NCBI GenBank assembly: GCA_020137815.1
Contig: CM035356.1
Coordinates: forward strand, 2,046,001 to 2,110,000
Source of the DNA: Hormiphora californensis
Taxonomy: Eukaryota; Animalia; Ctenophora
Length of the DNA stretch: 64,000 bases
Direction of reading: 5' to 3'
In this document: positions 51,334-64,000 of the stretch, in pieces
Position numbering within the stretch: the first letter of the stretch is position 1
How the letters are laid out: every line of letters starts with the position of its first letter
Notes under the pieces: model-generated
Told to the model about the DNA's origin: nothing
Seen by the model: only the letters and a program-made list of their open reading frames with translations
Database searches by the model: none
Translations under genes and position numbers: made by a program

Positions 51334-53679
51334 ACTCACACACACACACACACTCTCTTTTCTCTCTCTACCAACTTGTCCAAATCTAACTACAATGCCA
51401 TGTGTACAATAAGTGATCTGTGATCTATAAACACGGACAAAAGACCGCTATTTACAATTACAAGGCACCGGTGGAAAACAATAAAACCTGAGAAAAGGAT
51501 AGTAAAAGGATAGTAAAACAGTTATTAAGTCGGACAAACAGCCATTTGCATTTGGGTGAAAATATCTTAGACCCTAACAATGGATCCTGCTGAGTGCTCT
51601 TGGGACAGTGCCAGTTATGTTTCAACTTGCACCATTCAAGCTGTATCATAGAAAGATATCTTTTAGAATATTTTTGAAGCATGCAGCTTAATGTACATGC
51701 ATTGTAATATCCGATGGTCCCTATACGAAACCGATGGGAAACCAATAGCCTAAAATAAACCTTGCTCAAAGATTTAAAAAATTTCGGACCATGAATGATT
51801 TACCAGCCGGTTTCACAACTTCCCCTCTATCATTTACCTTGTCTCCTCGTGTCCTGATTACAACATGTGAATTATCCTTCTCTTCCTGTCCTGTACAGCC
51901 AATAGATCCACTCTTATCAAAAGTTAGATATCGGCCATTACACCCTACTAACGTCTGAAAGGTTATGGGTTATAGAAGATGGGAAGAGACAGAAAAGTAA
52001 AGTGGACAGGAAAATTATGGAAGAAAATGGGGGAAGGTTTTATCAGAAATAATTGGATTAAAAAAAGAATTAATAATGGTAAAACATGAAGCTGAAATCT
52101 GAATGAGGTTATCATGAGATGGAGAGTTAATTCATCCACAACCCGCCTGACAGCTACTGTCAACGTAAAATGAGGCGTATTCTCAGACCTCCTCTCTTTC
52201 TTTCATCACAAAAAGATGGCATTGAAGGTGGTGCAGGTGCGTATGTAAAACTATAGGTCATGTCCTAAGTAATTTATACCTATACACTAGAAATGGGTCT
52301 GAGTGACTAAATGTCACGAATACTAAGTTGAATGATACCTGTACAATGGAATATACACCTGCCGACCACAAGTTGGACCCCGACCAGCCATGGCAACAAG
52401 TGAGAAACACAGGGTCCCGTGGTCCATCCTAGCTAGACCTTAAAAACTTCCGTTGTTTTTAATTTGAATATACACTCTCAAAATGTTTCGATCTATTACC
52501 TTGTTAGAATGTTTTCATGGTTTTCCCGAAGGGTATGCGAGCGTCTCTGAGTTTGCTTTTGGTCGTTCCCTGATCTCTAGCTCATCTTTCATACTTCATT
52601 CTCGCCTCTTTATCCACACGTCCCAACGTCTCTTGAGGTCTTTGAATGCTTCTTCTTCGTTATACTAGTTCTTGCTTTCCCAACCCTCTCCTCTCGGCTT
52701 TCCTTCGTAGTCGAAGAACCTCACGCACCTCTGGATTATCTCTCCATGGCTTTATTCTCGCCCCTTTCTTCTTTTTTCCTCTTCATGGGACAGTTTGTGG
52801 GTACCCGGTTAACCACCACTGATCGCTAATCAGTAGTCCCGGCCGGGTTCCATGTTAACGGGGGGAAATATACACTCTGGGGTGATCTTAGGCAGGTGGG
52901 TGGGTGGATAGGTTTGTTCAATTGCGGTTCGTCACCCAGGATTTTCTCAAAACACAGGGTGTTCACCGGGTTTCGTAACTGTAGTCTTGGGGTAATCACT
53001 CCACACAATCTTCAATCTTCACTGGTCCACAAACTTTGGTGCACAGCACCAAGTAAACGCTCACATCGACATCAGATACGGTCAAGAAACACGGGCAAGT
53101 TCTCCCTCACAAGGATGGTAGGTGCTCTCGGGCAATAAATACTCACTGACTCACTCTTGGCTTTAAATATCCCGACAAACACACAGTCACTTGAATCCGT
53201 ACCAGAAACAATTCGACAACACCAAAGTTTTGTACCACTTCTCCGCTCGAACTGTCGACAACCGTCCGAGTAAAAGAGGCGATACTAATCGGACAGACCC
53301 GTCTGACTGACTTTCACTATGGCTCTCTCTCTACTCAACTACCTTTCTCACTCTAAGCTATCTGACAGTCTTAGTAAGCTCATTGTTCACACCTCACTTC
53401 ACCAAGCTCTCGCACATGGCTGGGAAAACGTGACAACTCACCACTAAACTAGGGAAAGGGATACTGGGGTAACAGGGGTATCTCTCATATCCCACATTCA
53501 CCCTCTCCTGTGAAACAGAATTGACCCATTACTCCAGGTTAGAAAATATTCTCTTCTCAAAGCTCTACTGACTACTCTAATACTAAAAGAAATTAAACTC
53601 TACAAGAACTCACTCAATATAAACTCTTCTCATATATGACATTTCGTCTATGGCGGTTATGGTTTATCTGGACAAGCAC

Positions 53680-54270
53680 TCTCAGGGACAAACATTCAAA
53701 CAGACTAACTCAGGGACAAACTACCTCAGGGACAAACTATCTCAAGGACAAACTACCACAGGGACAAACTAACACAGGGACAAACTAACACAGGTACAAA
53801 CTAACACAGAGGCAAACTAACACAGGGACAAACCAACTCAGGGACAAACTAACACAGGTACAAACTAACACAGAGGCAAACTAACACAGGGACAAACTAA
53901 CGCAGGGACAAACTAACACAGAGACAAACTAACGCAGAGGCAAACTAACTCAGGGACAAACTAACACAGGGACAAACTAACACAGAGACAAACTAACTCA
54001 GGGACAAACTAACACAGGCACAAACTAACACAGGGCACAAACTAACACAGGACAAACTAACACAGGGCAAACTAACGCAGGGACAAACTAACGCAGGGAC
54101 AACTAACGCAGGGACAACTAACACAGGGACAAATTAACTCAGGGACAAACTAAACACATGGCAACAACTCAGGGACAAACTAACACAGGGACAAACTAAC
54201 TCAGGGACAAACTAACACAGGGACAACTACTACACAGGGGCAAACTAACACAGGACAAACTACACAGGGC
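53680..54270. repeat. 16-bp tandem repeat inside the LTR element
   Basis: GGGACAAACTAACACA units. Confidence 0.92.
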
Positions 54271-55711
54271 AACAACCTACAACCTAACTAAACAAATAAA
54301 CACAGGACAAAAGGACAAAGGCAGCCACTAACATTCAAGCAGACACTTAGACAGCCACCATTTTCTAACAAACGTCACATAAAAACCATGATTATCAACA
54401 ATTATTTTTCCAGACGAAACCCACAACACGTCTTAAGATCTGTCATAAGGCGCTCTCAAGATACTAAAGATGATATATAAAGTTATAATTCTCTAATTAC
54501 TCTCAGGATTTGCTCCATCTGGTTCTACAAACTGCAAAGAAAGTGCACATGCACGTCGATTCTTCACAATTCTCGAATTACTCTCAGGATTTGCTCCATC
54601 TGGTTCTGCAAAGAAGAGTGCACATGCACGTCGATTCTCATCACAAAACCAGACGGGCAACTCAACTTTATGACCGAAAGTTACAAGCATACTACACAAG
54701 TTCCTATCAGTCACAAAATGGCTCAAGGTGTTACTGATAAAATTCGCCTATCACAGTTGGTCAGACTGATACTGAAATTGGGTGACGGGGACCAACCTTC
54801 ACCACAAATGACATCACAACTTCTTGTGTCAATTCGTATAGACGATACTACGATCGAAACACGGTTCGTCTACTTGAGCCTTCGCGACGTCTCGCATCTA
54901 ATCTCATCTAAACCCGACGTCTCAGCGTGTTCTGGGTTAATAACATTCTCTCAATTACATATTCTCACTCTCTTTCGTATGTCACTCTGCGCAGCCCAGA
55001 ATCACTAATCATTCGGGTTAGAACGCTCAACTCTTCTCGATTTACAGCTCACTCTCCAATCTCTAGATAAACTCAAAAGCTCTCAGCATTACTCTTTTTA
55101 TGGGGGCGCTATGTCTAAACTATAAACGTGGGGATAATGGAGGGTGAACACGTTCATAGTCCAGATCAAGCTAGTCTCAATGACTAACTATATAATATTC
55201 TCTAAATTCTTAGCACTGTCCTAAGAGAAACACACAAACGGGCACTTGCTCTAACACTCATCTCAGAACTCTCAGCGGATATACTAACTTTTACTAGACT
55301 CAGAATTTTGCAAACGGGTGTTGTTTCTGGCACGGAAATCATAATAGGGCAGCAACCAACACACATTTCATCAGATCAATGATTACGAAGAACAACTCGT
55401 CATTAGAGACACCACAGTTTGAGCCAGTCAAGAGAAACGAATTCACTTGACACGTTGTTCTTTCACTACACAAAGTTCGTCATATTGTAAAACGTGTCAA
55501 TCCTTTACCCATACCAGCACAGAACAATATAAATCATCCCTTGACAGTCTAACAGTTTGCCTGTAACGGACAACACTTAGCTATGGTGACGAATCCGAAA
55601 TCCACACCTCTGGTGGCTATGGGACCAGGGCACTTGACCACGGGAACACTTGGACACGGGACCACAGATCCACAAACCGCAAGAATCAAGAATCAAAAGA
55701 CCGCAAAGAAC

Positions 55712-55998
55712 CAGCATCACAGGACCGTCAGAACACAGCAACAGACCGTCAGGAACACAGCATCACAGGACCGTCAGGAACACAAGCATCACCAGGACCG
55801 TCAGGAACACAGCATCACGGACCGTCCAGGAACACCAGCATCACCAAGACCGTCAGGAACACAGCATCACAGGACCGTCAGGAACACAGCATCACAGGAC
55901 CGTCAGGAACACAGCATCTCAGGACCGTCAGGAACACAGCATCACAGGACCGTCAGGAACACAGCATCACAGGACCGTCAGGAACACAGCATCACAGC
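55712..55998. repeat. 25-bp tandem repeat inside the LTR element
   Basis: CAGGACCGTCAGGAACACAGCATCA units. Confidence 0.92.
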
Positions 55999-58900
55999 AC
56001 ATGGCTGCCAGAATTACAGCATCACCAGGACCATTGACCAAAGCATCGCCAGAACGACCAATGGAAACCCGGAACAGTCACACAGGAACAGATGTCAGCA
56101 TAGCACCAGGAATCGCCAATGTCTCCGATCGTTTCTCTTCGAACCTCGTCAGTTCCACGATAACAAACCTGCCTGATATTCCCACAATACTTGGACTCCT
56201 CTCTCTGTTCATGATTGGTCCCTTCGGGGTCGCCAGATGTGGGGTACCCGGTTAACCACCACTGATCGCTAATCAGTAGTCCCGCCGGGGTTCCAGTTGA
56301 ACGGGGGGAGAATATACACTCGGTGGGGTGATCTTAGGCAGTGGGTGGGTGATAGGTTTGTTCAGATTGCGGGTTCGTCACCCAGGATTTCTCAAAACAC
56401 AGGTTCACCGGGTTCGTAACTGTAGTCTTGGGGGGTAATCACTCACACAATCTTCAATCTTCACTGGTCACAACAACTTTGGTGCACATGCACGCAAAGT
56501 AAACGCTCACATCGACATCAGATACGGTCAAGAACACGGGCAAGTTCTCCCTCAGCAAGGATGGTAGGTGCTCTCGGGCAATAAATACTCACTGACTCAC
56601 TCTTGGCTTTAAATATCCCGACAAACAACAAGTCACGTGATATCCGTACCAGAAACAATTCGGAACAACACCAAAGTTTTGTACCACTTCTCCGACTCGA
56701 ACTGTCGACACCGTCCGAGTAAAAGAGGCGATACTATCGGACAGACCCGTCTGACTGACTTTCACTATGGCTCTCTCTCTACTCAACTACCTATTCTCAC
56801 TCTAAGCTATCTGACAGTCTTAGTAAGCTCATTGTTCACACCTCACTTCACCAGAGCTCTCGCACATGGCTGGGAAAACGTGACAACTCACCACTAAAAC
56901 TAGGGAAAGGGATACTGGGGTAACAGGGGTATCTCTCATATCCCACACAGTCCTCTCCACAAGATCCTCGATTATCCTCGAATAAGCAGCCAAAGCATCC
57001 TCAGCAGATTTAGACTCCATCACCGCACTCCAATCCACATCTCCAAAAGCTCGCCTGAACAGTTCCAGTCAACTGCCCTAAAATCCTGTATGTGTCAATC
57101 TGTTCACGGTTTTTGTATTCACTTCTAGTAGTCTCGATTAACAGATCAGCTAAAACCATAAAGTGATCCGAAGTTGTCCCTTCTGGAAATATTGTCACTG
57201 ATTGAACTTTGGAAACTCTGTCTTTTTGGCACAGCAAGAGATCAAGAGTACCTCCTCGAACATGGGTGGGTTGCATTGGAACTAATTGATCAAACCCCAG
57301 AGAGTCAAGCAGTGCAAGTAATTTCTTGGCATAGAAGTTCTGGGTGTCGTGGACTTGGAAGTTAAAATCACCCATCAGAACGGGATATCCAGTTTTGCAG
57401 ACTAGCTCGGACAGATAGTCATTAAACTCATCCAGGAACTGTGCTTCCGTATATCTTGCCTTGCCCGTGTAAGGAGGCCTATAGATATTGCACAACACTT
57501 GTAAGATCCTGCCCATTACCGATAAGGGCTTCCTGGACCTGAATGATTTAAACTTAGTCTTTACTGGTGTGTACTTGATCTTTACGCCATCCCTGTACAA
57601 GATCCCAATTCCTCCTCCCAGAGCGTTCGGCCCTAGGAGAGGAGAAGATGTTCCAACTATAATCTCTGATCTCCTGAAGTTTTGCAGTGTCACTTTGCTT
57701 CAGATAAGTCTCCTGTACCAAGCAGATGTCGCATCCTTTTTCCTCCAAGTGGTTAATTACACCTGACGTTTTATTCAATTGAGGAACTTAGTGAGCCAAT
57801 CTTCCAAGTCGTTTTCCTCTCAGGTCCTCCCATGCCCTCGTCTGATACAGGTTTTTTTCCTCCTTAGTCACGCCACTTGTGCTCTCCATGAGTCTAGCTT
57901 TAGCATTGATGTAGAATGGACACATACTGCTTGAGGCTGGGTGACCTTAGCATGACGCTTGTCCTCTTTGCTTCCTCCATGATCACAGTTGACACATTTC
58001 ATTCTGCTCACTACGTTATCCTTCTTGGCTTGGCAACCCCTAGTATCATGATCCCCTGTCAGAAGGCACAAACAGCAGATTTATCCTTGTTTGGACAGTA
58101 GATGGACCCTGCTACATGACCAAAGCGCTGACAGTGGAAACACTGAGTGACATAAAACCGTTCCTAACAAAGTGCTGTCGGAGCTTCAAAAAGAGCTTGT
58201 CCTTCCGGTCAGCAATCACCTCCTCACCTCTGGGGTTACCTGAATCACAGCATATCTCCCTGTCTTGTTAATATGACCACCTTCACAACATGACCCTCCT
58301 CAACAAGCCTCTTCACTGACTCATTCTTATCACTGACAATCTCGGAGAGAAGACTATCCTTCTCTAACAGGTCCTGATCAAGGTCATTACCATTATCCGG
58401 GGATCCTTCTTCTTCTCTTTCTCCACTGCAGAAGACACATCAAGGAATGGAGAGAGAACCCCTTCGCTTGTTCCATCTGATCATCCGTCTCAAAACATAT
58501 TAGTCCGTCTCTTGTTACGGAAAGATCTAACACCGGAATATTCTCAAACGCTGTTTCCACTTTTGTTCGTACAACTTCGGTCCATTTCTTCTCACACACA
58601 TTGGTCCATCTTCCCCTTTGTCCTTGATTGTCAGGTACCTCTTTATCGGAGTCACAGGAGCCACTGCTCCAGTATTTGAGTCAGGAGAGTCACACTGTCA
58701 GGGATGGTTCCTCGATCAGCTGCAAGAATCTTGCTAACCTTGGGAGCTACTAGATCCGGAAGTGAACCTAAGAACCTCTTTCGCTTTTCCAACGTCTCCT
58801 GTAAATCTCCTGCCGGTGATGAAGATACAGATTCAGATGAGTGGGTAGATATGCGTCTGTGTCCGTAACAAAGCATCAGTTGTTTGATAACTGTCCATAA

Positions 58901-59237
58901 ATCGGTTTGGTAGTCCCCCTCGGAGGTTCCGCCGTATCATCCTTGATGCTCTGTGCATGCTGGCACCTTTACAACTATCAGAGAGCTCGTGGCGAGCAAC
59001 TTACCCTCCATATCTGTCTTGCACTATAACATCATGGGTAGCCACACCGACATCCTGTCCTGTATAGAGGCGCGAGGAACCGTTCCTTGCAAGTCTTGGC
59101 GTCCTTGGTTTAACCCAACGAGGTCCTCTGAGATCTGTTTACTTAGAAAAACCAGACACGTCTTCTCTTGTCTTTTCTTTAAGGAGAGGGATAAACAGAA
59201 GTCTCAGAAGGATTAGCGAGGGGCAGCAAAACGGATC

Positions 59238-59281
59238 CTCAAATTAATTTGTTTAAAGTAGTGTTGAAAAGTTTGAAACTC
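59238..59281 (-). other. Genomic copy of the ctenophore spliced-leader exon at the LINE 5' end
   Basis: GAGTTTCAAACTTTTCAACACTACTTTAAACAAATTAATTTGAG, followed by GATCCG rather than GT; identity with the SL is from memory, not a search. Confidence 0.85.
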
Positions 59282-59574
59282 CTAGGAGTGTTCTCTCCAT
59301 CTTACTGAGGTTTGTTCTCTAGCTGGTACCTGTTTTATTTTTTCTGTATTTTGGCTCGTGGCGAGCAGAAGTGTGAAGCACGTTTTGGGTTTTTTCATAG
59401 CACGAGTGTTTTCTATCTTTTGGACTTTTAAACCATCTTTTTAGAGTTCCAGGACTCTATCTCAGTCTGTTATGTTTTCAGTTACCGATAGTTATGTGGG
59501 CCGTTGTTTTTTTTTCTTTACCATTTTTTGTGCAATATTAAGGATAAGTCGGCAGGTATATTCAAGTATGTTAA

Positions 59575-59668
59575 CCGTTCAGATCATCCCTCAGTGACAG
59601 CAACAGTTCTACTGCTCTGTCCCTGTCGGATATGGGCGGAATACAAACATAGTTATTATTATTATTAA
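59575..59668 (+). mobile_element. Possible 3' end of a LINE/SINE
   Basis: Short GC-richer segment ending in a (TTA)n tail. Confidence 0.35.
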
Positions 59669-60959
59669 TATATTCAAGTTAGGGTACTTATTTGGGTATG
59701 TGATGTATTATTTCTACTCAGTACTCACATCAATAATGTCCGCGCCGGATGCAGTATGTAATTGAAGATGACGATTCTTCATGTCTTGTAAACTTTACTC
59801 AGTCAACTTTCTGTATTTGGCCGTCGTCATCACGATCCAGGCTTGACTGGAGCTGAGGTAGGATGAGTATCGGATACTGTCCATGCCAATGGTCATCAAA
59901 AACGCTTTACTACAGCTACATGGTATATCATTATCATTATAATTTTGTATCAAATTCTAATATAAATTTTCACAATTCCCACAATTGACATAACTACCGC
60001 TGCAAAGTGCAAAGGATGAAAGTGGTAGGTTATTACTATCAATATCATGACTTAAAAAGCAATTGAGGACGAGAAAGCTAAGCCAGGTGATAGGGTGGCC
60101 ATCAAGTTAAGAACATGAATCATGCTGCCGATCCCAAGGAACCGAAACAAAACCACAAAACCCTCCACACCTAACTGCAACCACACAACACCTAACACCA
60201 AGAAAACCAGAACAGCGGAAAGACCGAAACCCTCCTTCCACTAAGATGGTAACCGTGGACACTCGCCAGAAACCGAGACTCAGATCGAACTCAACAGCAG
60301 TAAACCTGACACCGTTTCGGGGCTTTAATTCGGTACTGGTACTAAGAGTGGCGCCCCGGCAATCTCGACAATCTGAGACCATGAATGAATTGTCGACTGG
60401 GGTCCCTCACTGCCTCCCCCTTTGACAGGTTTATGACAGTAAGGGTACACCCATCTAAAAACACTCCACTGCGAGGGCGAGTCTCAACCACTTCACTGAC
60501 TCCACTACCCCACTACTCCCACTCCTTCTTCGTCGACAGGAAGTGGATCCATGCATGGAACAGTGAGCAGCTTCTTTCCCCGTATCCTTCACCAGCTTCC
60601 TAACTCTGAAACTCAGCCTCGCAGCTGCTCTAGTCAGACTATCCGCTACCTGACCTCGAGCCCCAATCTCAACAGCCATGTTGAAACAAATCCACCCATT
60701 AGGTGGCAATTAATAATTATTTCATAAAATTTATACTCATGGAAGATTCGTCAAACATAAACACGATTGAACAACACATTCCTACACGTCGACGCCCTCA
60801 TACCACACCTCCTCAGCTCTTATCCCAAAGGGCCTGCTTGGCGCCGGCTGCTTCTTCTCTTTTAGCTCAGCCACCAACTTCCCCCTCTCCTCTCTCTCCT
60901 CGGGTGAATGGACTGGGGGATGTACAGATCTTTGTACCTATCACACTTGAACTTCAGAC

Positions 60960-61560
60960 TACTCTTGCATGACAGGACAATATCTCGAAATGCTCGGCAA
61001 GATTCTCTCGCAAAACTAAGTTTCCCTGGGATCATCGAATACTTAGTCCATGGACAACAACATTGCTAGTCCTGTTCTCTATAGCACTCGTAATTGCTGT
61101 ACGAATGCGCTGCAGAGCTAGGAAACTTTCACAACCCTTCTTTAGTACTGAGGAAAAGGTCTTCTTCAGCAGTAGACTGCACACTGCACAGCAGTAATCT
61201 CTCTTCTCGAGCAACTGACACTGAGATTCTACCAAGGCTTTTTGTGCAGAAATTAACTCCTCTTTGCTGTCCAATAACCTCCTTTCATTCTCTTACCCTT
61301 CAATCTACATTTCTCAGGCGGTCAAGAACAGGGTAGCACCTCTCCGAAGCAAATGGAGAGCTTTCTCGGTAAAATCCTCTAGCTCTGGCTTTTTAATTAC
61401 TCTTAATATTGCTATTGCTAAGGTACTGTAAAGTGTCCCACAACTACGGCCAGCAGTCAAACTTTAAAAAACATTCCTTCACACGTACCAGCATGATGAA
61501 ACATAAACAGCTCCTTCAACAGATCAAATAACTCCTTGAACTTTACCACAAACACTCCGG
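60960..61560 (-). mobile_element. Degenerate LINE ORF1-like fragment
   Basis: Coiled coil SKEELISAQKALVESQ.. then R.SNVVVHGL, typical of CR1-group ORF1; frameshifted. Confidence 0.5.
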
Positions 61561-61954
61561 TGAACTTTTTATCAGTGTACACTATCAAACCGGTCCTTGA
61601 AACTGGCAGCAGAATTTATACTCATAGCCGGTGAGCCGGGAAGAGATTGCTCTCATAACAAGGGAGATTCACAAGCACAGGAGATATAACTGATAAGAGG
61701 CAGCTCATACTCTGACAAAATGCGATATGATATGTAGAATCAAAAAAGCCCACGAAGTAATTCATGGTAGTAAAATTACAGTCGGAAGAGAAAAGCAAAA
61801 AAGGAGCGAGATATGAGATCGACAACTTCAGTGTTGGCGTGAAATATTTGAAATATCGATTGTTTGCGGAGTGAATGGAGCTGCGCGGCTCTTTCAGGTC
61901 CGCGCGCGCCTTGTATTTGCGCGCACCATTGTATGCTGAGGTTCCAAATCTCGA

Positions 61955-62180
61955 TAAAGTCGGATTTTTTGAAACTGTCACCCCCCTGGGTATTTTCAAA
62001 TTTCGTAAATGACCATAAATCCGGTTCCTGACGAGATAAAGACTTGAAATTTGGAGGTTACGAAGATCTTGCTAAGTTCTTCCGAACCTCCAAATTTCAA
62101 GTCTCTATCTTATCAGGAACCGGAGATATGGCAAATTTTGTTATTTCAGGGGGGTGACAGTTTCAAAAAATCCGACTTTA
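61955..62180. mobile_element. MITE, TAAAGTCGG-TIR family, almost fully palindromic
   Basis: TIR TAAAGTCGGATTTTTTGAAACTGTCACCCCCCTG plus internal inverted repeat. Confidence 0.85.
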
Positions 62181-62548
62181 CCCTGACTCTGTTAACGTGT
62201 AGCGCGCGCAGCGTAAATTAAAATATCGCACGCGCATGAGTTGGAGGGTGAACATAACAGTTGAATAAATTTTTAACGTCGACTGAAATAATAAAACAGC
62301 TCAAGTAAAAAATAGACGCGCGGTCAATTTCAGCAGATTAAACTTGCATATTCTGCGCGGTACGTATTACGGTGTGCAATTGCATCGCGTCGGGCACAAA
62401 TTTTCGGTGGGCCGTGAAAATAAAAAACTCAAGGAGAGCTCTTTTTTAAAAGTTTTTTCTGAAGTGGACGGCGGACCGTAGGTCGTAAGAGTTTGGGAGA
62501 TTGCCGACTAAGGATCGAAGTAGCATCAACTGGTAGGTGATAGTGAGG

Positions 62549-63841
62549 ATGGGCGAGCTAAACTTTTTCTCCACCATGGAAGACCTGATTGCTTCGTCAG
62601 ACGAACAAATTGTTCGGGAAATGGGAGCAGTTTCACCAGAAGTAGTGATAGAGTATGTCCTTTTCCTGAGAAGAAAAACAGGCTCCAGCTCACAAAACTT
62701 TGAAACAAAAATCCAGCCTCCTCCGTATAACCCTGACTATCATGATGAAACCTTAGGAAGCAGTAGAGAGTTTGCAAACATTGCGGAGCACACCCCCGTC
62801 CATACCACCTCTGACTGGGGATCTGCACTCGAACGTGGAGTGGTCACACGCCACGAACCGTCACCGGGTAGTTTTAATTATAGACTCAAGATGGAAAAAG
62901 GGGAATCCAGTAGGTCTTCATCTTCGTTGAGGCTGTCCAGCAGGCCGGATCACGCACAAAATCTCGAATCAGATATTCAACTTGATATTCATGGCAGTGA
63001 ACTCAAAAATGTGAAAGATTTTGTTTTCGAGAGGAAGCTAAGAGTTGGCGATAAGATAGTTGCACAAGGTTTCCTGAATGCCCGGACTTCATTCTCCATC
63101 ACCTTCCGTACAGATATTATGAGGAACGCTGTTCATATCCAATTTGATGAACCTGGTGAGATGGTCATGACTGGCCCTGATTCTTTGTCTACTGTTTATG
63201 ATTCAGTCCAACAAAAAGTCCCTGGTCAGAAGTATACGATGGTTCTCTTCTGCGATACAAATGAGTTTAGAATACTTATAGATGGAATTGAGAAGAAACC
63301 ATTCCCATATCAGACACCATTAGACGAGCTCACAGGAATATGGTGTCAGCCTCGCTGGGTTTGGAGCTCCGTTGACCTTCCCCGACCATTCGTCACCGCT
63401 TCTAAAACAAGGCTCAACGAATCCTACTTCTTGAAAAAACCTCTCGAATTTATGGATAAAATTGAAATAATGGGAAAGTATGCTGCTGTTGGATCGAAAC
63501 CATTTGCGTTCTACCTGAAACGACCAGGTGCTCGTCGATGGGACGATTGGAAGGCTGACTTCTATGTCGCACTACATCCTAATAACAATCTTATTATGGA
63601 TTCCGAACTGTATGGACATTCCTTAAGAGTGTCAGCTAAACGCCCACCTCTTGATGATGGCCAACTGTTTCTTGTCGAAATTTTGTGTGACAGAGACGCG
63701 TTCCGGGTGTTTTTTGATGGCGTCGAGAAAGGAAATTTCCCTTATTTAGACGGTACTCATCATATTAAATCGGTTTATCTAGAACACGGAGGGAAAAGAA
63801 GTGGTTGGTTTTGGCTCAATACTACGTCTATACAGTTTTAA
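62549..63841 (+). CDS. Intronless tandem galectin-like protein (~430 aa)
   Basis: Two ~130-aa repeats: L..GDKI...G..F....H....GQ.F...I.CD...FR...DG.EK..FPY, consistent with the galectin fold. Confidence 0.72.
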   Translation: MGELNFFSTMEDLIASSDEQIVREMGAVSPEVVIEYVLFLRRKTGSSSQNFETKIQPPPYNPDYHDETLGSSREFANIAEHTPVHTTSDWGSALERGVVTRHEPSPGSFNYRLKMEKGESSRSSSSLRLSSRPDHAQNLESDIQLDIHGSELKNVKDFVFERKLRVGDKIVAQGFLNARTSFSITFRTDIMRNAVHIQFDEPGEMVMTGPDSLSTVYDSVQQKVPGQKYTMVLFCDTNEFRILIDGIEKKPFPYQTPLDELTGIWCQPRWVWSSVDLPRPFVTASKTRLNESYFLKKPLEFMDKIEIMGKYAAVGSKPFAFYLKRPGARRWDDWKADFYVALHPNNNLIMDSELYGHSLRVSAKRPPLDDGQLFLVEILCDRDAFRVFFDGVEKGNFPYLDGTHHIKSVYLEHGGKRSGWFWLNTTSIQF

Positions 63842-64000
63842 AAATCCTGAGCTCTTCCACTAACAATATGATCACGTTACTGTTATGTTATGAGTATCAT
63901 TGTGTGACGTGTTGCACTATTAAAAATTGATCAACTATTTTATTGTCTTTTTATATTAACTTTTAGCCAATCAAATATTTTTAAATTTACTGATTTTATG

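Larger units (their letters stand above)
52796..56947 (-). mobile_element. Non-autonomous LTR retroelement (LTRs 56238-56947 and 52796-53496)
   Basis: ~700-bp direct repeats TG..CA; PBS TGGCGACCCCGAAGGGAC (56218-56235); PPT GGAGAGGGTGAA (53497-53508); TSD CAGT(T/C); no gag/pol ORF. Confidence 0.9.
52470..59281 (-). mobile_element. Degenerate LINE (CR1/L2-like): SL + 5' UTR, ORF1 with zinc knuckles, ORF2 APE endonuclease; split by an LTR element, no RT domain seen
   Basis: ORF1 CFHCQRFGH..C, CAFC..H..C, KCVNC (~57950-58160); APE DICLVQET, GGGIGILYR, YRPP, GDFN, PTHVRGGTLDL, SDHF (57010-57780); linker PWRDNPEVREVLRLRRKAERR resumes below 52795. Confidence 0.85.

Noticed and set aside
55583-56255. 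~200-aa ORFs inside the LTR element
   Set aside because: Translations of a 25-bp repeat, antisense to the element.
59180-59300. SL RNA gene
   Set aside because: The SL exon is followed by GA, not the GT donor, and runs into the LINE UTR.
60100-60720. Coding-looking segment
   Set aside because: No recognisable domain; probably a decayed repeat, left unannotated.

Overview
Intron-rich animal genomic DNA, very probably a ctenophore: 59238-59281 (-) matches the 44-nt ctenophore spliced leader (SL) as I recall it. Genes: 5' part of OGT (-), two tandem C2H2 zinc-finger paralogues and RNF121 (+, tightly packed, RNF121 with a U12-type intron), a J-domain gene (-), a RalGPS-type RasGEF (-), a diaphanous formin (-) with an antisense MFS-like gene nested in one intron, and an intronless tandem galectin-like gene (+). 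Introns hold many non-autonomous foldback/MITE DNA transposons (2, 3, 4, 5, 8 and 9 bp or TTAA target duplications). Two observations stand out. First, a LINE whose genomic 5' end is a complete SL joined with no donor GT, i.e. a retroposed trans-spliced transposon RNA, later interrupted by a non-coding LTR element. Second, a Transib-like element with CACAGTG heptamer ends, a 5-bp TSD and an 11-bp (12/23-like) terminal asymmetry. Exon boundaries were read by eye; scattered single-base indels suggest consensus errors.
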